This document shows, piece by piece, positions 23,461-34,347 of a DNA stretch of 41,990 bases. This stretch comes from a virus. The notes below the pieces were generated by a model. The model saw nothing but the letters and a program-made list of their open reading frames with translations. It was not told the DNA's origin and did no database searches. The DNA is taken from IMG/VR virus record IMGVR_UViG_3300045988_092374, positions 1 through 41,990 of that record; one strand, given 5' to 3'. Position numbers and translations under genes: made by a program. Numbering within the stretch: the first letter of the stretch is position 1; each line of letters starts with the position of its first letter.

Positions 23461-23492
23461 AGATAGGAGGTGATCCGATTATCTCCCTTTGA

Positions 23493-23518
23493 GGCGCAGG
23501 GTAATGCGTCTTATTTTT
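23493..23518 (+). terminator. Rho-independent terminator inside the late operon
   Basis: GGCGCA pairs with TGCGTC and is followed by TTATTTTT. Confidence 0.5.
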
Positions 23519-23625
23519 GTGCCAAAACGCGACAAGGCCTAAAAAGGTGCGCGGCCGGAGACACCGATGACAATGGATTGAGCAGTAAGGAGTGACACTC
23601 CCAAAATGGAAAGGAGCTTAAAAGA

Positions 23626-24270
23626 ATGAGAAAGAAATTTCCGATGAACTTACAGTTATTCGCAGAACCAGCTGGTGGAACCGCAGGTGTGGAGCCGCCG
23701 GCATCCGGTCAGGGGCAGCAAGGCCAGCAGACACCGCCAGCTTCTGCCGGAGGCCAGCCGTCAGCAACACCGCAGATTGATTATACTAAAATCCAGCAGA
23801 TGTTAGAGGGAACCCTTGCGGCGAAGGAAGACACAGCGCTGAAAGCCTACTTCAAGCAGCAGGGACTCAGCCAGGAAGAGGTGGAGCAGGCCATCACAAC
23901 CTTCAAGCAGCAGAAAGCGGCCCAGCAGCCGGATGTGGCAGCATTGACACAGCAGGCTCAGGCAGCTCAAGCGGCGGCCCAGCAGGCCATGCTGGATAAA
24001 GAGGCGACCCTTGCGGCCATCGGCCTGGGACTCGATGCCAAGACTATTCCGTATGTGCTCAAGATGGCCGACTTAAGCCAGGCTATAGGACAGGATGGAA
24101 AAGTCAGCACAGAGGCACTTAATACGGCCCTGAATAAGGTCCTGGAGGATGTCCCGGCCCTTAAACCGCAGGCGTCAGGGACAACTGGTTTTGTGCAGGT
24201 GGGGGCCTCTGGTGGAACAGGGCAGCAGGCAACGACCGATGACGCTTTGAAAAAAGCGTTCGGCTTATAA
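23626..24270 (+). CDS. Scaffolding protein (DUF4355-like)
   Basis: N-terminal MNLQLFAE motif, a Gln/Ala-rich coiled coil, and a position upstream of the capsid gene. Confidence 0.7.
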   Translation: MRKKFPMNLQLFAEPAGGTAGVEPPASGQGQQGQQTPPASAGGQPSATPQIDYTKIQQMLEGTLAAKEDTALKAYFKQQGLSQEEVEQAITTFKQQKAAQQPDVAALTQQAQAAQAAAQQAMLDKEATLAAIGLGLDAKTIPYVLKMADLSQAIGQDGKVSTEALNTALNKVLEDVPALKPQASGTTGFVQVGASGGTGQQATTDDALKKAFGL

Positions 24271-24289
24271 GAAAGAGAGGATTTAACAC

Positions 24290-25183
24290 ATGGCAGTATA
24301 TGATTACGCAACACAGTTCACACAGTTGCTTCAGCAGAAGTACGCAAAAGAGCTGTGCTCTGATGCGCTGGCACAGAGCAACCAGCAGGTGAAGTTTATT
24401 AACGCACAGACGATTAAACTTCCCACCATGACAGTATCCGGTTACAAGGACCACACCAGGACTCCCGGATTTAACACCGGAACACTGAGCAACAGTTGGA
24501 TTCCAAAGAAGCTGGAGCATGATAGAGATATTGAGTTCTGGGTGGATCCGATGGATATAGACGAGACAAACCTTACCTTGTCTGTTGCAAATATCCAGAA
24601 TGAGTTTGAAACGACACAGGCAATCCCGGAAAAAGACTCTTATCGCTATTCCAAACTCCATGCTGAGATGACTACCTATTCTGGCCGTATCAGTACCGAT
24701 GTTATTACGGCAGCCAACTTTCTGGAAGCGTTTGACGAAGAAATGGCAAGGATGGACGAGGCCGGGGTTCCGGAGGAAGGGAGGCTACTGTATGTCACTC
24801 CCACAATGAATAAGATTGTGAAAGAAGCAGAAGGACTCCAGAGGGTCATGACCGTTACGTCTCCGTCTACAATCAACCGCAAAGTACATAGTCTGGATGA
24901 TGTGACTATAAAGATGGTTCCTGCGGCCAGGATGAAGACGAAGTATGACTTCACCACAGGATGTGTGGCGGCCGCTGATGCGAAGCAGATTAACTGGATC
25001 CTGATCCATACATCCTGCGTGGTTTGCCGTGACAAGTACAGTTATATCAAGCTATTTACTCCGGGAACTGACAGCCGGACCGCAGATGGGTATTTGTACC
25101 AGAACCGCAACTATGGCGATCTGTTCTTGCTTGAAAAGAAAATCGAAGGCTGCGCCATGAACGTGGAAGCGGCCGGAGCGTAA
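24290..25183 (+). CDS. Major capsid protein
   Basis: 297 aa, immediately after the scaffold gene, with a strong RBS. Confidence 0.7.
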   Translation: MAVYDYATQFTQLLQQKYAKELCSDALAQSNQQVKFINAQTIKLPTMTVSGYKDHTRTPGFNTGTLSNSWIPKKLEHDRDIEFWVDPMDIDETNLTLSVANIQNEFETTQAIPEKDSYRYSKLHAEMTTYSGRISTDVITAANFLEAFDEEMARMDEAGVPEEGRLLYVTPTMNKIVKEAEGLQRVMTVTSPSTINRKVHSLDDVTIKMVPAARMKTKYDFTTGCVAAADAKQINWILIHTSCVVCRDKYSYIKLFTPGTDSRTADGYLYQNRNYGDLFLLEKKIEGCAMNVEAAGA

Positions 25184-25194
25184 GGAGGTAAGCA

Positions 25195-25488
25195 ATGAGA
25201 GCGGTAAAAGGAAACAGGGAATATACCATCGACGAAACGCAGAAAAAGGGCTACCAGGATAGCGGATTTGATATCCTGGGCGATGATGGCAATGTTATCG
25301 CCTATGGAAGAGGTAAGACGGTACCGTATGAAGAGCATATGAAGGCGGTAAAAGAAATTGAACGTCTTCAGGGGGTAGCTGCCGGACTCCGGACAGAAAT
25401 TGAGAACCTGAGAGCTGAGATTGAAACGCTCCGGGCCACGAAGCCGGAGCAGCCGAAGAAGGCAGAGAGCAAGAAAGCGGTGGAGTGA
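25195..25488 (+). CDS. Head-module protein with coiled coil
   Basis: 97 aa with the heptad-like stretch EIERLQGVAAGLRTEIENLRAEIETLRA. Confidence 0.5.
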   Translation: MRAVKGNREYTIDETQKKGYQDSGFDILGDDGNVIAYGRGKTVPYEEHMKAVKEIERLQGVAAGLRTEIENLRAEIETLRATKPEQPKKAESKKAVE

Positions 25489-25489
25489 T

Positions 25490-25876
25490 ATGCCCTATGA
25501 AGCTTATGTAACGCCGGAATATTACCATGTTGTCTATAAGGGCACGGTGATTCCGCCGGACGATCTGGAGAGGACCCTGCGGCAGGCATCCCGCCATATT
25601 GATTCTCTGACCTACAACAGGATTGTGGGCCAGGGATTTTCCAATCTGACGGAGTTCCAACAAGAGGTTATTCGGGAAGTGGTCTGCCAGCAGGCGGATT
25701 TTGAGACTGAGAATGCCGACGAAATTAACACTATCCTGCAGGGTTACAGTATCAATGGTGTGTCGGCACAGTTCGGGCAGAGCTGGAATGTATTCACGGA
25801 TAAGGGCGTGGCAATGCGGCGTGACGTATATACTCTGCTGTCACAGACAGGCCTGTGCTGCCGGTTAGCGAGGTGA
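25490..25876 (+). CDS. Head-tail connector (gp6-like)
   Basis: ATG 25490 follows the upstream stop by 1 nt. Call is based on position and size. Confidence 0.5.
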   Translation: MPYEAYVTPEYYHVVYKGTVIPPDDLERTLRQASRHIDSLTYNRIVGQGFSNLTEFQQEVIREVVCQQADFETENADEINTILQGYSINGVSAQFGQSWNVFTDKGVAMRRDVYTLLSQTGLCCRLAR

Positions 25877-25880
25877 GAGG

Positions 25881-26219
25881 ATGAAATACCCATGTCTGGT
25901 TCCAAAACGACTCTGCAGGGTTCCTGTGCAGATACATCTGGAATCAGAAGAGCTTAACAATCAGGGAGCACCGAAGCATGTGCTGGATGCAGACCTGGTG
26001 TGCAATTTCCAGGACCGGTCCAAGACCATCCTGACTGCCGAGAAGAAGCTGGTGCAGGTAACCGGTACGGCCATGTTTCCCGGTGATATCGCGCCGGAGA
26101 TGCCGTCCTTAAGCGGCGGCACGGTGACTGTGTTCGGGGAGGAGCGGAGGATTGAACAGGGGATGAAGGCCAGGAACCCGGACGGGACCGTGAACTATTG
26201 CATATTGGAGGTAATCTGA
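25881..26219 (+). CDS. Head-tail adaptor / head closure protein
   Basis: 112 aa; call is based on position. Confidence 0.5.
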   Translation: MKYPCLVPKRLCRVPVQIHLESEELNNQGAPKHVLDADLVCNFQDRSKTILTAEKKLVQVTGTAMFPGDIAPEMPSLSGGTVTVFGEERRIEQGMKARNPDGTVNYCILEVI

Positions 26220-26599
26220 TGCAGGTGAAATCAACGGTAAAGATGAACTTTCCACGACTTCGGCAACTCTCCCAGGCAGCGGTGACAGCGCTGGAGATGA
26301 CCGGTGAGGCTCTGCATACGGAGGTGGTTCAGGCACAGGTATTCCCGTTTGATACCGGAAACTTGCAAAATGAAAGCACCTTTGTGGATTATAGCGAAGC
26401 AAAAGACGGTAAGGTCACGTTGATATCCAGCACACCTTATGCCCGGCGCCTTTATTATCATCCGGAATATAATTTCCAGACAAAAGAAAATCCGAATGCG
26501 AAGGGGCACTGGTATGAAGACTGGGAGTCTGGTGGAAGCAAAGCAAATTTTGCCCCGAAGGCCTTTAAACAGTTTTACAAGAAAGTGGGTGGTGTGTGA
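26219..26599 (+). CDS. HK97 gp10-like tail-joining protein
   Basis: ATG overlaps the upstream TGA; size and position fit. Confidence 0.45.
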   Translation: MQVKSTVKMNFPRLRQLSQAAVTALEMTGEALHTEVVQAQVFPFDTGNLQNESTFVDYSEAKDGKVTLISSTPYARRLYYHPEYNFQTKENPNAKGHWYEDWESGGSKANFAPKAFKQFYKKVGGV

Positions 26600-27003
26600 T
26601 GCTGTTGTTGAAAGACATCCAGGAATACATTATCAGCCTGGGAATCGCCGAAGCAGATCGTGTCTACATCGGCAAGATGGACGGAAAGAAGCAGAAGTCC
26701 ATCGGCGTGTACAGCCGTCCAACCAGCGGGATGCCGAATATTGCTTTGGGCGGGGTAAACTGCACCACCTATGACATAAAGCCGGTATCCCTGCTTGTGC
26801 ATTGGTGCAAGGACAAGGGAGCGGCTGAAGCGGCAGCCTATGGGCTGTTTGAGAAACTTAAAAGTGTAACCAGCCTGTCCATAAGAGACACCCACATCAA
26901 TTACCTGCGTCTGATGGTCCCAGAGCCGCAGGATGTCGGTACGGATGATAGTGGAGTGTACGAATATGTGATATGGCTGGATTTTATTTATAGCAGAAAG
27001 TGA
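26596..27003 (+). CDS. Tail completion protein
   Basis: 135 aa, immediately upstream of the major tail gene. Confidence 0.45.
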   Translation: MMLLLKDIQEYIISLGIAEADRVYIGKMDGKKQKSIGVYSRPTSGMPNIALGGVNCTTYDIKPVSLLVHWCKDKGAAEAAAYGLFEKLKSVTSLSIRDTHINYLRLMVPEPQDVGTDDSGVYEYVIWLDFIYSRK

Positions 27004-27011
27004 GGAAATAA

Positions 27012-27452
27012 ATGGACGGAACAGTATATCCGGTACATAATAACAAATTTAAGTTTGGTACGGCCGGTCTGCTTAGTACAGACGCGGAAATGGTAGTGCC
27101 GAAAGATTTAACCAACTTTGCACCGACGATTGATGGAACAACGGATGAGTGGTATGCGATGGACGCGGAGGGATGGGCGAAGTCGGCGGTGACGGGGAAG
27201 AAGCTCAGCTTTTCGTTTCAGGGTAAAAGGAGCGTGGGCGATCCGGGCAATGATTATATTGCCAGTCTTGCCTTGTGCATGGGTGAGGATGCAATGACGA
27301 AATTTGAGTGGGAAATGGTATCCGGTGCAAAGATGAAATTTGACTGCGTTGTAAACGTAACGACGCCCGGAGGCGGAGACAGTACAGCCCTGGATACATT
27401 GGAGTTTGAAGTAACCTGCTATGGCAAGCCCTCGTTCACGCCGGCTGCGTAA
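27012..27452 (+). CDS. Major tail (tube) protein
   Basis: 146 aa, followed by a chaperone pair and the tape measure gene. Confidence 0.65.
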   Translation: MDGTVYPVHNNKFKFGTAGLLSTDAEMVVPKDLTNFAPTIDGTTDEWYAMDAEGWAKSAVTGKKLSFSFQGKRSVGDPGNDYIASLALCMGEDAMTKFEWEMVSGAKMKFDCVVNVTTPGGGDSTALDTLEFEVTCYGKPSFTPAA

Positions 27453-27470
27453 TGAAAAGGAGAAAAAAAG

Positions 27471-27770
27471 ATGGCAAGAGTAGTTGATATTACCGAGAAA
27501 CTGACATTTGAAGGTAATCCTGCACTGGTAATCAAAGGAAAACACCTGGAAGTAAATGCAGATGCCCCGACCATGCTGAAAGTAATGGGTTTGATGGGAG
27601 GCGCAGAGCCGGGAGTGAATGAAATCCTGGAAACATATGATTTGATATTCCCTGAAAAATCCAAGAGAGAGATTGAGAAGTTGAAACTGGGATTCAACGA
27701 TTTGCTTGTCGTCGTTCAGGAGGCGGTCGGACTGATTATAGGGGAGGATGAACAGCCGGGAGAGCAGTGA
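27471..27770 (+). CDS. Tail assembly chaperone (gpG-like)
   Basis: 99-aa acidic protein between the tube and tape measure genes. Confidence 0.6.
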   Translation: MARVVDITEKLTFEGNPALVIKGKHLEVNADAPTMLKVMGLMGGAEPGVNEILETYDLIFPEKSKREIEKLKLGFNDLLVVVQEAVGLIIGEDEQPGEQ

Positions 27771-28110
27771 CCCGTACTATGATTTATTCGGAGACTGGGA
27801 CTTGATTATATCCAGTTTCTTATCACAGTACGGGTTGCGCATCAGAACGAAAGAGTTTGAATCGGTCAGCTGGGATGAGTTTAAATCCCTCCTGGCCGGT
27901 CTTGCACCGGAGACGGCTTTAGGGCGCATAGTGGCCATCCGGTCGGAGACAGATAAAGATGTAATCAAGCATTTTACCAGGGAGCAGAAGCGGATTTATG
28001 ACGAGTGGCGGAACCGGAAGGCGGAACGCACCAGACAGGAGCCGCAGACTTATGAGCTGCAGATGAACTATCTTGAAAGTATGATGGCGGCAATATGCGG
28101 AGGTGGTTGA
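27748..28110 (+). CDS. Tail assembly chaperone, downstream (gpT-like) ORF
   Basis: Overlaps the upstream ORF. The ATG has essentially no spacing from GGGGAGG. Confidence 0.45.
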   Translation: MNSRESSDPYYDLFGDWDLIISSFLSQYGLRIRTKEFESVSWDEFKSLLAGLAPETALGRIVAIRSETDKDVIKHFTREQKRIYDEWRNRKAERTRQEPQTYELQMNYLESMMAAICGGG

Positions 28111-28130
28111 GATAAAGGCAGGTGATGTAA

Positions 28131-31100
28131 ATGGCAGCTGACAGCGTTGGTCAGATTGGTCTTGACCTTGTAGTAAATAAAAACGATTTTGACAAGCAGA
28201 TGAAGGGCATCCAGGGGCTGGCCAAGAAAGCCGGTGCGGCCCTTGCGGCTGCCTTTGCAGTTAAGAAGCTGGTAGATTTTGGTGCACAGTGCATCGAATT
28301 GGGCTCCGACCTGCAGGAAGTGCAGAACGTTGTTGATGTAACGTTCCCACGCATGTCAAAGCAGATTGATGACTTCGCAAAGAATGCGGCGGTGCAATTT
28401 GGTTTATCAGAGACGATGGCAAAGAAGTTCACTGGAACCTTCGGAGCGATGGCGAAGGCATTTGGCTTTGGCGAAAAGCAAGCTTATGAGATGGCCACGG
28501 CACTGACGGGGCTGGCTGGCGACGTGGCGTCGTTTTACAACATCAGTCAGGACGAGGCCTATACAAAGCTGAAATCCGTGTTCACAGGAGAAACGGAAAC
28601 CCTTAAAGACCTGGGCATTGTCATGACGCAGAGTGCCCTTGACAGCTATGCCCTGGCCAATGGATACGGGAAAGTAACCGCCAAAATGTCCGAGGCAGAG
28701 AAGGTCGCCCTGCGGTACAAGTTTGTGCAAGACCAGCTTACCCTGGCATCCGGGGACTTTGTTCGAACCGCTGATGGGTGGGCCAACCAGGTCCGGATAC
28801 TGAAGCTGCAGTTTGACAGCTTAAAGGCCACAATCGGTCAGGGTCTCATCAATGTCCTGACACCGGTGATTAAGGTCATTAATACGATTATCGGGAAGCT
28901 GATGAGTCTGGCCAATGCTTTTAAGGCCTTTACAAATCTGATATCCGGAAAGAAGGGTTCCGGAGGCGGAGCGTCAGTGGCCGCAGCCGGCATGGAGGCC
29001 GTGGCGAAGTCGGCGGATAATGCCGGCGCTGCGATGGGCGGAGCCGGTGGAGCAGCAAAGAAAGCCGCGAAAGACATCAAAGGTGCGACAACAGGTATCG
29101 ATGAACTGAATATTATTCAGCCACCAGATTCTGGTTCAGGAGGCGGCGGAGGGGCCGGTGGGGGGTACGATTCAGACGAGTTTGACATGGGAGAGATTGA
29201 TACCTCTCCAGTCGATGAGATGGACGCCAAGTATCAAGGACTGATTGACAAGGCAAAGGAGCTGGCCGACCTTTTTAAATATGGGTTTAAAATTGGCTTT
29301 GGTGACACATCGGTTCTGGATAGCATCCAGTCTTCTATTGATGGAATTAAGAAAAGTTTGAAGGATATTTTTACGGATCCGGCAGTAATGAAAGGCGCCG
29401 ACAACTTTGCAAAACAGTTCTCGTATAACCTGGGGAAGATAGCTGGAAGCTTTGCCTCTGTGGGGGCCACGATTGCCGATAACCTGCTGGGCGGAATTGA
29501 CAAATATCTACAGCAAAATAGTCCCAGGATAAAAGATTTCCTGGTATCAATGTTTGATATCGGAAGTGATATAACCATGATATCCGGACGCTTCTCTGAG
29601 GCCACAGCGGACATATTTTCCGTATTTCGGAGCGATGCAGCAAAACAGATAGCAGCTGATATAATAGCTATTTTCTACAATGGCTTTATGGGGACGCTTG
29701 AATTGGGCGCTGCTTTCGGCCGCGATATTCTGGATTTAATAACTGCACCAATTATCGAAAATAGCTCTGGATTTAAAGAAGCGTTCAATGGAATTTTGGA
29801 GGCGGTTCAGACTATAACAGGTTCAATCAGCGAGACGTTTTCTAAGTTTGTAGACACTGTATTAGATGTATACAACAAAAATATTTCGCCATTGATTGAA
29901 AGTATCAAAAAAGGGCTATCGGAGATTGTAAAAACATTCCTGGAAGCATTTAATACTCATATTCTTCCAATTATTCAGTATGCAGCGGACAGGTTTGCTG
30001 AATTTAATGCAAGTTCTTTGCAGCCACTTATTGAGAAATTCGGCGAGTTTGCTGGAAAGGTAACAGAGTGTATACAGACGGTTTGGGAGAAAGTTTTACA
30101 ACCCTTCATCATTTGGTTTATCAATAACATAGCACCGATTATTGCTAGCAATCTAAGAATAGCTATAGATAATTTTTTTGCTTTTTTAGATAGTGTTTCG
30201 GAGGTAATCAGCAATGTTTTGGATGCCCTTGGAGGTCTATTAGATTTTCTGATAGGCGTTTTTACAGGGGATTGGGAACGGGCTTGGAATGGAATTAAGC
30301 AATTCCTTTCGTCTTGTTGGGAAGCTATGAAGGCCTTGGTTCGAGTTACCTTTGATGCAATTAAATTATGTATTGACACGGTACTCAATACTATAAAAGG
30401 TCTTTGGGGACTGATTTGGAATAATATAAAGTCCTTCGCGGAAGAAACCTGGAATGCCATTAAGAATAAAGCAGCAGAGATATTTGAGGCTTTACGCGAT
30501 AAGCTTTCCGATATCTGGGACAATGTCCGTTCTACTGTTGAAGATAAGTGGAGCGCGATCAAAGAGTGGTTTGAGGACATCTGGAAGAAAATTAAGGACG
30601 TCTTCAAACTGGACGAAATGGTGGAAATCGGTAAAGATGTCATGAATAAACTCTGGGACGGCTTAAAGGCCGTGTGGGAGGAAATAACAGTGTGGCTTTC
30701 AGGCATTGTAGATACAGTTAAACAGATTTGGCAGGACGTTTGTGACACCGTCAAAAATATATTCAAGAAGTCCAAAGAAGCAGAAGATAGAGATAGTGAC
30801 AGTGGTAGCAAATCTAAGAAGAGCGGCGGCAGTCGTGGCTCCTCCACCGGTCCGGCCAGCGAGATTTCCGGGCATGCCAGCGGTGGGTTCCCGAAGTCGG
30901 GCCAGATGTTTGTGGCGCGTGAGGATGGAATACCCGAGATGGTCGGCAAATGGGGAGGCCGCGCAGCCGTGGCCAATAACATGCAAATCACACAGGGCAT
31001 TACCCAGGCGGTACAAAGCGGCATGCGGAGTGCAATCGCGCCGTTGGTATCCACAATGACAAATGCGGCCAATCATGCAGCTCCCCCGCTCGCAATGGTC

Positions 31101-31340
31101 GGCAGCACGGTACCGGCGTACACACAAGAAGACAGGATGCAAGAAATGGTCAACAGGGCGGTGGCAATGACGTCAGGAGCAGGAAACACGAGTGAGCAGT
31201 ACCTGCCTGTTATGGTAGACCTTCTGAAAAAGATAATTGAACTAATTGAGAATCTGGATTTGGTGGTCAACATCGACATTCGGGAAATCCGGAAGAAACT
31301 AAAAGATTTAGAGAAACGTACAGGTTATGGGTTTACGTAA
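28131..31340 (+). CDS. Tape measure protein
   Basis: 1069 aa with Gly-rich tracts and long helical repeats, at the canonical position. Confidence 0.9.
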   Translation: MAADSVGQIGLDLVVNKNDFDKQMKGIQGLAKKAGAALAAAFAVKKLVDFGAQCIELGSDLQEVQNVVDVTFPRMSKQIDDFAKNAAVQFGLSETMAKKFTGTFGAMAKAFGFGEKQAYEMATALTGLAGDVASFYNISQDEAYTKLKSVFTGETETLKDLGIVMTQSALDSYALANGYGKVTAKMSEAEKVALRYKFVQDQLTLASGDFVRTADGWANQVRILKLQFDSLKATIGQGLINVLTPVIKVINTIIGKLMSLANAFKAFTNLISGKKGSGGGASVAAAGMEAVAKSADNAGAAMGGAGGAAKKAAKDIKGATTGIDELNIIQPPDSGSGGGGGAGGGYDSDEFDMGEIDTSPVDEMDAKYQGLIDKAKELADLFKYGFKIGFGDTSVLDSIQSSIDGIKKSLKDIFTDPAVMKGADNFAKQFSYNLGKIAGSFASVGATIADNLLGGIDKYLQQNSPRIKDFLVSMFDIGSDITMISGRFSEATADIFSVFRSDAAKQIAADIIAIFYNGFMGTLELGAAFGRDILDLITAPIIENSSGFKEAFNGILEAVQTITGSISETFSKFVDTVLDVYNKNISPLIESIKKGLSEIVKTFLEAFNTHILPIIQYAADRFAEFNASSLQPLIEKFGEFAGKVTECIQTVWEKVLQPFIIWFINNIAPIIASNLRIAIDNFFAFLDSVSEVISNVLDALGGLLDFLIGVFTGDWERAWNGIKQFLSSCWEAMKALVRVTFDAIKLCIDTVLNTIKGLWGLIWNNIKSFAEETWNAIKNKAAEIFEALRDKLSDIWDNVRSTVEDKWSAIKEWFEDIWKKIKDVFKLDEMVEIGKDVMNKLWDGLKAVWEEITVWLSGIVDTVKQIWQDVCDTVKNIFKKSKEAEDRDSDSGSKSKKSGGSRGSSTGPASEISGHASGGFPKSGQMFVAREDGIPEMVGKWGGRAAVANNMQITQGITQAVQSGMRSAIAPLVSTMTNAANHAAPPLAMVGSTVPAYTQEDRMQEMVNRAVAMTSGAGNTSEQYLPVMVDLLKKIIELIENLDLVVNIDIREIRKKLKDLEKRTGYGFT

Positions 31341-31352
31341 GGAGGCGGTGAC

Positions 31353-31730
31353 ATGGCAGTAATTACAATCAACGGCCGGGAGTTTCCCGCCCCCGATATT
31401 GGAGGAAATCTGGTAGTGGCTACGAACGTCAAAGACGGAAAAAATGCAAGAGGCGAGTTCGTCGGCCAGAAGGTGGGCCGGGACCAGTATAAGTTTGATA
31501 ACCTTCAATGGAAGTTCCTGCCGGCAGAAACATGGTCAGCTATTCTTAAGGAATTTGAACATTTTGTGGTAACTGCCCGGATTCCGGATATGGTACATAA
31601 TGATTGGATAACGATTCGGATGTATCCCGGGAACCGGACGGCCACACCGATAGAATTTGATCCCGAGGGTCTTCCGACCAGATACCGAGACTGCAAGGTG
31701 AACATTGTAGATTGTGGGGTGATGGAGTAA
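31353..31730 (+). CDS. Tail-tip module protein (short, Dit position)
   Basis: 125 aa, directly after the tape measure gene. Confidence 0.45.
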   Translation: MAVITINGREFPAPDIGGNLVVATNVKDGKNARGEFVGQKVGRDQYKFDNLQWKFLPAETWSAILKEFEHFVVTARIPDMVHNDWITIRMYPGNRTATPIEFDPEGLPTRYRDCKVNIVDCGVME

Positions 31731-33985
31731 TGCAGGCATGCAGCCAAGCCTATAAAGCGGAAATGAAAAAGGAGTATCGCAACCACTCCTATATGCGCGT
31801 AACAATTGGTTTAATTAACCAGGAGGCCCAGGCCTCCGCTTTTGTTCCGGCTCCGACCAATTACGCCTACTACAGTAATCTAAAATGGCCTCTGGACAAT
31901 TATTCGGTGTCTGAACTATACGCCACTTGCGACGAAGATTACAGCACGGTGGATGGCAGCATGTATTTTCTACCCCGCCGTCGGCAGGACGTAGTGTTAA
32001 ATGCCGGCATTGTGACAGAGGAGCTGTCAGGGAGTATTCTGATTCGTTTTCCGATACAGTACAATATCAAGGGGTTGACTGTGGAGTTTGGCAAGGCGTA
32101 CCCAGCGGATTTTACGATTGAATCTGATAATAACACAGTGGAGATAATTGGGAATGCTGACGGACATTTTGTGACGGAAGAAATTTTTAACGCAGCCACG
32201 TTTTTGCGGTTTACGCCATCAGTCATGGTAAATGGCCGGAGCCGGTTCCGTATTCATCAGCTGACGATGGGGATCGGCATTTACTTTGATGATAAAAAAA
32301 TTAAGTCGGCCAGCAAGAAGGAGCATATCAGCCCCATATCAGAGGAGCTGCCGACAATTGACTTTGACCTGACGGTGGAAAACAAAGACCGCGCCTATGA
32401 TGTGGAGAACAGCGAAAGTACGGTGAATTTCCTGGAGCCGGGGCAGGAGATATCGGTGCTGTATGGCCAGGAGTTGGATGACGGGACAGTGGAGTGGTTG
32501 CCAGGAGCTACAGTATCCCTAAAAGAATGGTCTGCGGATGACGAAGAAATGAGTTTTTCTGCGTCCGACCGTTTTGACGGAATGAACGCAACATATTATA
32601 AGGGGCTGTACCGGGAGTCTGGTATCAGTCTGTATGATTTGGCTACAGACGTGTTTGATGATGCTGGCGTGGATTACCGGACGTACTGGTTAGACCCATA
32701 TTTAAAGGACGTACTGGTAAAAAATCCTATGCCTGTGGTTACACATAAGGAAGCGCTGCAGATTATAGCAAATGCCGGCCGATGTATCCTGTATCAGGAC
32801 CGCTCCGGAGATATTTATTTGAAATCCAGCTTTATTCCGGATATGACCGCCAGCTCGGACAATGAAACCTATTTTTCACATGCTGGCACCGTTTTGAATA
32901 GCGCAGATAAGGCGGACTACGCGATGCCCGTCCGCAACTATTCGGACGCAAGGCCAACACAATTTTTTCTGCCTCGGCAGGCTGAGGGAACTGCTTACTT
33001 TGATACCGGTTATATATCGGAGGAAACAGCTGACGAGAATGGCCTGTTTTCGGAGAATCCAACCATTACCATTGTTTCGGAGGCTGCGTTTAAATGCTTC
33101 GGCCTGACGATGGAGTTTGGGCGAAATCATCCGGAGCAGGTGATATTTCATGCCTACTATGATGACAAACTTCAGGAAAGCTACAGTGTAACCGTATTGG
33201 AGATGTTATCGGTTATTAGTCATGAATTTCTGGAGTTTGACAGGCTGGTCCTGGAATTTACCAGAGGCTGTCCGAATAACAGGATTGTGCTGAACAACAT
33301 ATCTTTTGGCGACAGTACGGATTATGTAATGGAATATGGCCATGAGCTGACAAAAACACCGAAGGGAACGCAGGTAGAGAAAACCAGAGAACTACAGGTG
33401 CTGCGGACGCTTTACAATTCAGATGCGAAAGTGAAGGAGCTGGCCAAGGAGACCATCACTTTTACTGCTGCGGACAATCAATACACATTTTATTTCAGCA
33501 ATCCTTCATACGGCTTTACCTGTGTCATCACAGAACCGGCAGACGGCCAGAGCGCTGCTATCGTAGAATCGAGTAGCTACTATGTAACGGTGGAGGTGGC
33601 CGGAGCAGAGGGAGAGCTGGAAATCGTGGTTAACGGTCATGAGTATTCTGTTTCGCAGGCTAAGGTAAGCCGACAGATGAATCCGACCGGAAAACTAGAA
33701 ACGTGGGAGAATCCGCTGGTATCAGAGGTGAAGCATGCTGTTGATTTAGCGGACTGGATCGGCGATTACATGAAAGCGGATCGGGAATATACGCTGACTT
33801 ATCGCGGCGAACCGAGGATAGATGCAAACGATATTGTTTTTTTGGAGAACCGGTATGTGGCGGATTTGCTCCTAAGAATTTACGATCATACGCTTAATTT
33901 TAACGGTGCGCTGTCTGGGAGCATGAAGGCAAGGAGGGATATGAGCAATGTGGCAACAGCCAAAAACAGATTGGCGGGAAAATGA
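31730..33985 (+). CDS. Tail-associated / baseplate structural protein (Tal position)
   Basis: About 751 aa. ATG 31730 overlaps the upstream TAA. Confidence 0.55.
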   Translation: MQACSQAYKAEMKKEYRNHSYMRVTIGLINQEAQASAFVPAPTNYAYYSNLKWPLDNYSVSELYATCDEDYSTVDGSMYFLPRRRQDVVLNAGIVTEELSGSILIRFPIQYNIKGLTVEFGKAYPADFTIESDNNTVEIIGNADGHFVTEEIFNAATFLRFTPSVMVNGRSRFRIHQLTMGIGIYFDDKKIKSASKKEHISPISEELPTIDFDLTVENKDRAYDVENSESTVNFLEPGQEISVLYGQELDDGTVEWLPGATVSLKEWSADDEEMSFSASDRFDGMNATYYKGLYRESGISLYDLATDVFDDAGVDYRTYWLDPYLKDVLVKNPMPVVTHKEALQIIANAGRCILYQDRSGDIYLKSSFIPDMTASSDNETYFSHAGTVLNSADKADYAMPVRNYSDARPTQFFLPRQAEGTAYFDTGYISEETADENGLFSENPTITIVSEAAFKCFGLTMEFGRNHPEQVIFHAYYDDKLQESYSVTVLEMLSVISHEFLEFDRLVLEFTRGCPNNRIVLNNISFGDSTDYVMEYGHELTKTPKGTQVEKTRELQVLRTLYNSDAKVKELAKETITFTAADNQYTFYFSNPSYGFTCVITEPADGQSAAIVESSSYYVTVEVAGAEGELEIVVNGHEYSVSQAKVSRQMNPTGKLETWENPLVSEVKHAVDLADWIGDYMKADREYTLTYRGEPRIDANDIVFLENRYVADLLLRIYDHTLNFNGALSGSMKARRDMSNVATAKNRLAGK

Positions 33986-34346
33986 TTTTTTTAACATACA
34001 AGATTACAATCGCATAAAGGGAAATCTAATTGAAATCAGGTCGCAGGCACTTGTCCTCTGGCCGAATTTTCCGTTCGAAGAGATGGGGGAGGATAAGACG
34101 TACCAGGATTATGGGTTTTATGCGGATGAGATAAACCGGTTCGAGACCAATCTTGACCATATCCGCACAGGCACTTTCCCATTTGTGATAGGTGAACGGC
34201 AGACTTTTTATGATAACCAGCCATTTATCGACTGGCGGGAGTTGAACCGGATTGAGGAGGCATGCCGCTTTATACATAACAATATTCAGAGCAGGATTAA
34301 CGGTCGGAAGAAGCTGGCCTTTACGTTAAATGGAGGTGCTTTTTAA
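33948..34346 (+). CDS. Tail/baseplate accessory protein
   Basis: 132-aa ORF within the tail module. Confidence 0.45.
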   Translation: MWQQPKTDWRENDFFNIQDYNRIKGNLIEIRSQALVLWPNFPFEEMGEDKTYQDYGFYADEINRFETNLDHIRTGTFPFVIGERQTFYDNQPFIDWRELNRIEEACRFIHNNIQSRINGRKKLAFTLNGGAF

Positions 34347-34347
34347 A

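Noticed and set aside
29975-31072. Long antisense ORFs inside large structural genes: 29975-31072 (365 aa), 34470-35204 (244 aa), 19824-20468 (214 aa), 22034-22690 (218 aa) and 12034-12621 (195 aa)
   Set aside because: These are shadow ORFs opposite well-supported genes (tape measure, RBP, portal, MuF, early genes). Their composition is low-complexity or Ser/Pro/Arg-rich, and none has an RBS.
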